From Candidatus Latescibacterota bacterium (GTDB taxonomy: Bacteria; Latescibacterota; UBA2968; UBA8231): a DNA stretch of 64,000 nucleotides. The notes below the pieces were generated by a model, which was not told the DNA's origin, did not search any database, and worked only from the letters and a program-made list of their open reading frames with translations. Both the position numbers and the translations under genes were made by a program. The stretch lies in NCBI GenBank assembly GCA_965221775.1, contig CBDCSU010000005.1:96001-160000 (forward strand), in the 5' to 3' direction. Below, piece by piece: positions 57,735 to 64,000 of this stretch (the first letter of the stretch is position 1; every line of letters begins with the position of its first letter).

Positions 57735-58646
57735 CTAACCGCCGGCCGACCACAGCGCCCGCAGGCGGGGCAGCAGGACCTCCGTCTCCCGGTCGTGCAC
57801 CTCTCCCTGCCAGCGGTCGTTGATCTCGGGGATGCTGCGCTCCCTGGAGGCCTCCAGCACCTCTGGCAGGTCCAGCTGGTGCCAGATGGCGGTGAGCAGG
57901 CCGTCCTCGCGCAGGTGGATCTCGCGGAAGCCCAGGGGAAAGCCGATGAGGCAGGCCGTGTCGACGATCAGGAAGTCCCGGTACATGCGGATGCGGTTCA
58001 GGTGCCGGTGGCCGGTGAAGACGGCGACCACCGCCGGCTGCCTGGAGACCGTCTCGATGAGCCGCTCCGCTTCCTTGACGAGGCCTTGATTCGGGTCTAC
58101 CGGAGGAGCGAAGCCGGGGAGCACCCACGGGTGAAGGACCAGGATGAGGGCGCAGCCGTCGGCCAGCGCCGCACGGCCGGCGGCGGCCAGCGCCGTGTCG
58201 TGGTCCTCGGTCCACTCACCCGGGCCCACCATCATGGGGCTCTCCTGGTAGATGTTGGCCAGGGCCAGCCGCAGCCCCGGGGCGGCGTCGACGACATCGA
58301 GCAGCTCGGGGAGATGGATCTGCTCGGCCAGGGGGGCGAAGGTGCCGGTGCCGGCATCGCAGTCGTGGTTCCCCGGGACGCAGTACAGGGGCGCCCGGAG
58401 CCTCTCGAAGGCGGCTGCCACGTCGTCGACCGACTGCAGGTACAGCTCCCACGGCAGCTCGAAGGCCGATCCGCCGCAGAGCAGGTCGCCCCCGTGAACG
58501 ATGAACTCGGGCCGCGAGGCGTTGATCTGCTCCACCATCGCCTCGAGGACGTCCCTCCCCTTGGTGAGCATCTTCGGCGGTCCGAAGTCCTTCTCCGGCC
58601 GGGGGTGGTAGTGGCTGTCGGTGACGAATACGAAACGAACGGTCAT
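57735..58646 (-). CDS. Calcineurin-like metallophosphoesterase
   Basis: TDSH, HGGDL, PGNHD, TGHRH. Confidence 0.88.
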   Translation of the reverse strand: MTVRFVFVTDSHYHPRPEKDFGPPKMLTKGRDVLEAMVEQINASRPEFIVHGGDLLCGGSAFELPWELYLQSVDDVAAAFERLRAPLYCVPGNHDCDAGTGTFAPLAEQIHLPELLDVVDAAPGLRLALANIYQESPMMVGPGEWTEDHDTALAAAGRAALADGCALILVLHPWVLPGFAPPVDPNQGLVKEAERLIETVSRQPAVVAVFTGHRHLNRIRMYRDFLIVDTACLIGFPLGFREIHLREDGLLTAIWHQLDLPEVLEASRERSIPEINDRWQGEVHDRETEVLLPRLRALWSAGG

Positions 58647-58722
58647 GCCCTCTCCTCCTTGCGGACCGGTTCCGAGGGGAGCTCCGACCGGGGGCGGCTT
58701 GCGCAAGCCCTCTCCCGGGGGC

Positions 58723-59562
58723 TCACCACGGACGGAACTCGGCCATGCGCCCGAAGCCTGCGAAACCGGGCGCGCCCACGTACTGCACCGCGGTCCGGCT
58801 GAGGCTGTCGGCGTGGGGGATGTGGATGTGGCCGCAGAAGGCGGCCACCAGGTTCTCCGCCCCGGCCAGGGTCTCGACGAAGGCGTCCGTCGCCAGGGGG
58901 TCCCACCACTCCACCTCCGGGTGCCACTCGGGATCGGCCATCAGGTTGTGGCCCACCGAGGCGATGGAGGCATCACGGAGGGTGGGCAGGCTGATGGGGA
59001 TGTGGTAGAGCAGCACCGTGGGCCGCTGCTTGCCGAGGCATTCCCGGACGAAGGCGAGCTGCTCCTCGTCGACCCGGAAGGTGGAGTTGTCGACGCAGAC
59101 GAACTCGATCCCTCCCACCTCGCGGCTGCAGTGCGAAGGACTCCCCTTGTGCAGCGGCTCGAGTCGGTCCCACCAGGCCTCGCGCAACAGGCCGTCCTCG
59201 TTCTCCACGCCCGGCAGGAGCCAGTCGTGGTTGCCGGAGGTGAAGAGCCAGGGGGTCTCGATCCCGCGGAGCACTCCGGTCACGAACTCGATGCTGGAGG
59301 GGGTGGGGAAATTGATGATGTCCCCCGTGAGGGCGATGAGATCGACGTCGCTGGCCGCGACCCGCTCGATGGTCTGGCGGAAGATCACCTCCCTGGCGTG
59401 CGCCATGGTCGAGATGCGGTCCACACGGGCCGGGTTCGGCCCCTTCTCCTGCTCGGGGACGGCCACGTGGGCGTCGGTGCAGTGGTACATGGTCACCGGC
59501 TCCCGGATCCCTTCCAGGCGGATGCGAGCGGTGTCGTCAAGCCAGGTATGGGTCACACGCAA
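58723..59562 (-). CDS. Calcineurin-like metallophosphoesterase
   Basis: TDAH, TGDII, SGNHD, YHIP, CGHIH; AGGAGG RBS before TTG 59562. Confidence 0.85.
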   Translation of the reverse strand: MRVTHTWLDDTARIRLEGIREPVTMYHCTDAHVAVPEQEKGPNPARVDRISTMAHAREVIFRQTIERVAASDVDLIALTGDIINFPTPSSIEFVTGVLRGIETPWLFTSGNHDWLLPGVENEDGLLREAWWDRLEPLHKGSPSHCSREVGGIEFVCVDNSTFRVDEEQLAFVRECLGKQRPTVLLYHIPISLPTLRDASIASVGHNLMADPEWHPEVEWWDPLATDAFVETLAGAENLVAAFCGHIHIPHADSLSRTAVQYVGAPGFAGFGRMAEFRPW

Positions 59563-59656
59563 GGGTTTCCTCCTGCTCTCTGAAGGTGGAGTGAGGTGAC
59601 GGCTCCCCGAGCGGGTGCTCTCCGGGTGGAGCGCTCCCACCGGGGCCGGGGCCGCC

Positions 59657-61303
59657 TCATCGGTCCTCCTGCACCACGCGAAGGACCTGGTCGGCGGCCA
59701 CGCCGGAGATGCGCTGCGTCGAGCCGTCGGGCCACCGGACCTCCACGTCGGCCCGGGACGACTGGTTCAGACCGAAGTGAAGGCGCGGATCGTGACTGGA
59801 CAGGTAACTGCTGCCCGACTGCCGTTCCTTGATCTGGCTGCGCCCGTCGGCCGTAACCGTCACCCGGGCACCCAGGGCATCGGGGTGGCGCGCCCCCACG
59901 AGCTCGACGAAGAGCCAGCGGCGCCGGTTGCCGCCGTCGTTCCTCAGCAGCCGGGGGGAGGAGGAGACCGTGGTCACCAGGAGGTCGACGTCGCCGTCGT
60001 TGTCGTAGTCCCCGGCGGCCGTGCCGCGCCCGACGTTGGGCTCGATGAACTGCGGTCCCAACTCCGCCGAGACATCGGTGAAGCGGAGGCCGCCGTCGTT
60101 GCGGAACATCTGGTTCGGCTGGCGGTACCTCTGGCGCGGGTCGGCCTCCTGGACCCGGTGGACGACGTGGCCGTTGGCGACGAACAGGTCGAGGTCGGCG
60201 TCGTTGTCGAAGTCGATGAGCTTCGTGCCGAACCCCAGGGGCAGCTTCGACGGCCCGTCCAGTCCGGCCTCGTCGGAGACGATGCCGAAACGGCCCTGGC
60301 CCTCGTTGCGGTACAGGGTGTTCGTCTCGCCGGCGAAGTTGGTGACGAAGAGATCCTGGTCGCCGTCGTTGTCGTAGTCCCCGAAGTCGACGCCCATGCC
60401 GGCTTCGGGGTGGCCGAACTCGTTGTAGCGGGTGCCGCTGGTCAGTCCGACCTCGGCGAAGGTGCCGCGGCGGTTGTCGTAGAGGAAGTTCATGGTGCCG
60501 TCGTTGGCCACATAGATGTCGGTGTCCCCGTCCAGGTCGTAGTCGGAGAAGGCAACCCCCAGGCCGCGGCCCTCCAGGATGATGCCGGCGGGGCGGGTCA
60601 CATCGGTGAAGCGGTCGCCGTCGTTGCGGTAGAGGAGATCGCCGATCGGCTCGTAGACCGCGGGCTCGCAGTAGGAACGATTGCCCGTCCCGTCGCCGCA
60701 GGGGACGTTGATCTCCAGGGTGAAGCGGACGTAGTTGGCGACGAAGAGGTCGATGTCCCCGTCCAGGTCGTAGTCGAGGAAGCCGGGGCTGCTGCCCCAG
60801 CGCGGATCCCCCAGGCCCGACTCGCCGGTGACGTCGGCGAACCGCCCGCTCCCCTCGTTCCGGAGCAGGACGTTGGGCCCGAAGTTGGCCACGAACAGAT
60901 CCTGGTCGCCGTCCCCGTCGTAGTCGGCCGCCGCCACCCCCTGTCCATACCCGGGATCCCCGGCACCCGAGCCGGCGGTCACGTCCGAGAAGGTGCCGCC
61001 GCCCTGGTTGCGGAAGAGCCGGTTCACCGGCGGTGTTCCGGGGGGCCTGCCGGTCAGGTCGGTGCCGTTGACCAGGTAGATGTCCTGCCAGCCATCGCCG
61101 TCGGCGTCGAAGAAGGCGGCGCCGGCGCCGTAGGTCTCCGGGTAGTAGAACTCCCCGGAGAATCCGTTGAAGTGGATGAAGTCGATCCCGGAGGCGTCGG
61201 CGACATCCGGGAACCGGGGGAACCCCTGGGGGCCCTGCGACGGACCGCCGCAGGCAAGGGTGCCCAGCACCACGAGGAGAGCCGGGAGGGGAGTCCGCGA
61301 CAT
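59657..61303 (-). CDS. CRTAC1-family FG-GAP/ASPIC-UnbV lipoprotein
   Basis: Lipobox TLAC; repeated DYDxDGDxDLFVxN; C-terminal SSYLS...LHFGL...VRWPDG. Confidence 0.9.
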   Translation of the reverse strand: MSRTPLPALLVVLGTLACGGPSQGPQGFPRFPDVADASGIDFIHFNGFSGEFYYPETYGAGAAFFDADGDGWQDIYLVNGTDLTGRPPGTPPVNRLFRNQGGGTFSDVTAGSGAGDPGYGQGVAAADYDGDGDQDLFVANFGPNVLLRNEGSGRFADVTGESGLGDPRWGSSPGFLDYDLDGDIDLFVANYVRFTLEINVPCGDGTGNRSYCEPAVYEPIGDLLYRNDGDRFTDVTRPAGIILEGRGLGVAFSDYDLDGDTDIYVANDGTMNFLYDNRRGTFAEVGLTSGTRYNEFGHPEAGMGVDFGDYDNDGDQDLFVTNFAGETNTLYRNEGQGRFGIVSDEAGLDGPSKLPLGFGTKLIDFDNDADLDLFVANGHVVHRVQEADPRQRYRQPNQMFRNDGGLRFTDVSAELGPQFIEPNVGRGTAAGDYDNDGDVDLLVTTVSSSPRLLRNDGGNRRRWLFVELVGARHPDALGARVTVTADGRSQIKERQSGSSYLSSHDPRLHFGLNQSSRADVEVRWPDGSTQRISGVAADQVLRVVQEDR

Positions 61304-61325
61304 GGAGCCGGAACGGTCCGCCGCC

Positions 61326-62927
61326 CTACCGGAGGGGCGACAGCAGCGTCACCACCAGCAGGGCCAGGCCGATCCATCCGAGCAGGACCTGGAGGTTGGC
61401 CAGGAAGCGGAGCACGCCGGTGGGGCGCCAGTCGGGGTGGCAGCCGCGCACGAAGGCCTGCAGGCTGAAGAGGATGCAGTCGACCAGGGAGGGCCTTGCG
61501 CTGCCGGAGACCGGCGCCAGCCCCCCTCGCCCGAGGCGATACAGGAGACCGAAGAGAAGGACGGCGGAGACCGCGGCGCCGGCGAAGCGGCCGGGGTCGG
61601 TGCCGTAGCGGGTACTCCGGCCGAACAGTTCCAGGCCCCAGCGCGCCGGGTCCGTCCAGCCGAGATGCCGGCGGCGCAGGTCCATCCACTCGACGAGGCA
61701 GGCCTCGGCGTCGCGGAACCTGCCCTGGCGGCGCAACTGGGCCCCCAGGTCGGCGTAGACCGGCTCGAGGTCGTCCAGCGACCCCGGATCGGCCGCGGCC
61801 AGCCGGCCGCGCAGCTCGGACCAGCGGAAGCGCAACTCGTCCCAGCGCGCTTCCTGCAGATAGAGGATGGCGCTGTCGCCGAAGGTGACCTGAGCGGGAT
61901 CCGTCGCCAGAAAGGTGACCGTCGAGCTTCGGATCCGGCGCAGGTCAAGCCCCTTCTGGATCCTCCCGGCGAGGTTCAGCTCCCCGGAGAAGGTGCCCCC
62001 GCGGAAGTCCGCGTCCTTGCGGAAATAGGCGCCGGCGAAGCCAATGTCCTCCCTGGCCCTGATTCCACTGAAGACCGCGGGGTCAGCGAAGATGAAGTCC
62101 GCGAAGGAGGCCGGGCCGTCGAAGCGGGCGTGGTCGAAGGAGACCTGGCGCTCGGCGCGGGCCTTGTCGAAGCGGGCGGTCCCGGCGAAGACCGCCTCCC
62201 AGAACAGGATGCGGCCCCAGAAACGGGCCCCGGCGAAGGAGACGTCCGACCACTCCGTCTCCTTGAAGGAGGCGACGTCGCCGAAGACTGCGCTGCGGAA
62301 GTCCGCGGGGCCGCCGAACCGGGCGCCCTCGAAGTAGGCGCCGCTGCGGAACCGGACCCGTTGGAAGATGCTCTCCCCCTCGAAGCGAGTCTCGATGAAG
62401 GAGCCGACCCCCAGGAACCCGCCATCCGTGAAGTCGGCCCGGGCGAGGAAGGCCGCCCCTTTGAGGTTGGCCTGGCGTTCGACGCGGGTGGCGCCGAAGG
62501 CGGCGGGTCCGTGGAAACGCGCCCCCTGAAGGGACACCCCCCCCTCGAAGGCGGATCCCTGCACCCGCACCGGGGCCAGGAAGACGACGCGCGGCAGGAA
62601 GGCCTCCCCCGTGAAGCGCACGTCCTCCAGGTCGAGGGGGCGGCGCACGGTATCGAGCCCGGCCGACGACGCGTCGAGGGAGCCGGCGACCAGGGCATGA
62701 CGCAGCCGGAACGGGGTGCCGGAGTCGCGACCCAGTTCGGCCAGAAGGTCCGCCGCCGACAGCCGCGTGCGAGCCTCGTCGGTCGGCGGGGTGCCCGCCG
62801 CCTCCTGGGACGCCGCCGGGACCGGCCAGGGGAGGCCGAGACAGAGGATGGCCGGAAGGAGCCTCGAGAATCCCCGTGGCGAAAGCCCGCCGGGGCGGGT
62901 GAGATGTCCCTCTATGGGGGCAGGCAA
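61326..62927 (-). CDS. Pentapeptide-repeat protein with C-terminal 2-TM ion-channel-like domain
   Basis: Long AxFxx/FxGxA pentapeptide tract; RYGTDPGR, TM, DCILFSLQAFVRG, TM; signal-peptide-like LLPAILCLGLPWPVPAA; start uncertain. Confidence 0.72.
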   Translation of the reverse strand: MPAPIEGHLTRPGGLSPRGFSRLLPAILCLGLPWPVPAASQEAAGTPPTDEARTRLSAADLLAELGRDSGTPFRLRHALVAGSLDASSAGLDTVRRPLDLEDVRFTGEAFLPRVVFLAPVRVQGSAFEGGVSLQGARFHGPAAFGATRVERQANLKGAAFLARADFTDGGFLGVGSFIETRFEGESIFQRVRFRSGAYFEGARFGGPADFRSAVFGDVASFKETEWSDVSFAGARFWGRILFWEAVFAGTARFDKARAERQVSFDHARFDGPASFADFIFADPAVFSGIRAREDIGFAGAYFRKDADFRGGTFSGELNLAGRIQKGLDLRRIRSSTVTFLATDPAQVTFGDSAILYLQEARWDELRFRWSELRGRLAAADPGSLDDLEPVYADLGAQLRRQGRFRDAEACLVEWMDLRRRHLGWTDPARWGLELFGRSTRYGTDPGRFAGAAVSAVLLFGLLYRLGRGGLAPVSGSARPSLVDCILFSLQAFVRGCHPDWRPTGVLRFLANLQVLLGWIGLALLVVTLLSPLR

Positions 62928-63170
62928 GTGGCAGTCCGGGTCTGAACGGCAATCCGGAAGTGCTTCCGGCTTCGACAGAGATTCGACATAGGGCCATCTC
63001 GACGCAACCGTTGCCCCCCGCCCTCCCATGCCGTTAATTTCGCCGTTCGGGACTGACCTTATATATGGTAGGTGGGAGGGCTTCTGGAAGATGGTCGGTG
63101 TCCCTTTTGCGGACCCGGTTCGTTGTCCTAACTTACGCCCGCCCCGCCATAGCGGGCTGAAGCGAAGCTC

Positions 63171-64000
63171 ATGAGACCTCTTGCCTACTGCGCCAGCGCC
63201 GTCCTCGCCCTCACCACGGCAGCCTCCGCCGAGGTCATCATTATGGGCGGCCCCGGCAGTCCCTGGGAGGAGGGCGGAGGCGGGATCCAGGCGCAGGTGA
63301 TCCGCGGCGAGTCCGTGGAGAGCACGAACACCCCGGGCGGCGTCATCGACTTCTCGGTCGAGGGCTACGACAACTGGATCTTTGCCCAGCGCGTCGACCC
63401 GGACCTGAACATCGCGGTTGGTTCCCCCGGGCGCGGCGGCGCGCTCACCACTCCCACCCACCGGGCGATCCGCAACGACCTCACCAGGATCATCGACAAC
63501 AACGGCGAGACGGGGCTGGATCTCCGGGAAACCCCGGTTCTGGGTCTGATCGTCGACCTGGATCTCGGCGCCCGCTTCGGCGTCAATCGCTTCCGCTTCT
63601 TCCCCCGCAACGCCGCTGCGGAGATGCCGGCCCCCGACTTTCCCTTCCAGAACGACTTCCTGCGCGGCTTCGAGGTCTTCCTCAACGACGGCACACCCGA
63701 GTCGACGAGCCAGGGAAGACCGATCCTGACGAGCGTGGCCGTGGAGGGGCAGAACGAGGAACCGGTGGTCGACATCCGCATCCCGGCGCAGTATGTCCGT
63801 CTCGTCCGCCTCAAGTCGCTCACCTCGGTCGGATTCGACCTGGCCGAGTTCCAGATCTTCGGGACCGGTTTCGTCCCCGAGGCGGCCTACATCTCCAACA
63901 TCATCGACTTCGGCGCGCCGACCCTGCTCGGCAATCTCCGCTGGGTCCAGGAAAAAGTGGGAGACGAGGCCTTCTCGCGGATCAGGGTGCGCACGCGCTC
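63171..64000 (+). CDS. Secreted protein with discoidin (F5/8 type C)-like domain; runs off the window
   Basis: Not in the ORF track. MRPLAYCASAVLALTTAASA signal peptide; IVDLDLGARFGVNRFRFFPR...YVRLVRL...LAEFQIFGTGF...SNIIDFG; open to the window end. Confidence 0.75.
   Translation, partial: MRPLAYCASAVLALTTAASAEVIIMGGPGSPWEEGGGGIQAQVIRGESVESTNTPGGVIDFSVEGYDNWIFAQRVDPDLNIAVGSPGRGGALTTPTHRAIRNDLTRIIDNNGETGLDLRETPVLGLIVDLDLGARFGVNRFRFFPRNAAAEMPAPDFPFQNDFLRGFEVFLNDGTPESTSQGRPILTSVAVEGQNEEPVVDIRIPAQYVRLVRLKSLTSVGFDLAEFQIFGTGFVPEAAYISNIIDFGAPTLLGNLRWVQEKVGDEAFSRIRVRTR

Noticed and set aside
59900-61120. Repeated GTCGTAGTC/CCGTCG motifs
   Set aside because: They encode FG-GAP DYDxDGD repeats of the CRTAC1-family protein.
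62940-63170. AT-richer spacer with short palindrome CGGAAGTGCTTCCG as a riboswitch
   Set aside because: No recognisable aptamer motif; most simply a divergent promoter region.

Overview
High-GC (roughly 70% by eye) chromosomal window from a diderm bacterium, probably FCB-superphylum (Latescibacterota/Gemmatimonadota-like). That placement is an inference from SprA, a CRTAC1/ASPIC-UnbV lipoprotein and a discoidin-like secreted protein. Left to right: a truncated minus-strand sprA (T9SS translocon-like, missing from the ORF track), lptFG, a PAS pseudo-kinase/helical-protein pair, a 7xLysM amidase, a Gfo/SDR pair, an ATP-grasp-larE-def operon, tRNA-Asp, and a split feoB locus with two DtxR-family regulators. 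Next comes a ~12.4 kb minus-strand run (ispH to a second DapA-like gene) holding an unusual bacterial microcompartment (BMC) locus. After it: queC-DMFase-like-queF, the ilvC-leuACDB-cimA-argJ-aspC-accA operon with an unannotated Leu/Ile-rich leader peptide, scattered sugar-catabolic genes (Gfo/Idh/MocA, HpcH aldolase, rhaM, MBL hydrolase) and secreted proteins. The best candidate for an undescribed system is the BMC locus. It has a four-domain shell protein translationally coupled to a two-domain one (4+2=6), four pentamer genes, a Cys-rich cargo protein with an encapsulation peptide, and a class I (DapA-family) aldolase/lyase as apparent signature enzyme. No alcohol dehydrogenase or acyl kinase is seen in the locus. 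All calls come from motif recognition by eye; no database searches were run.
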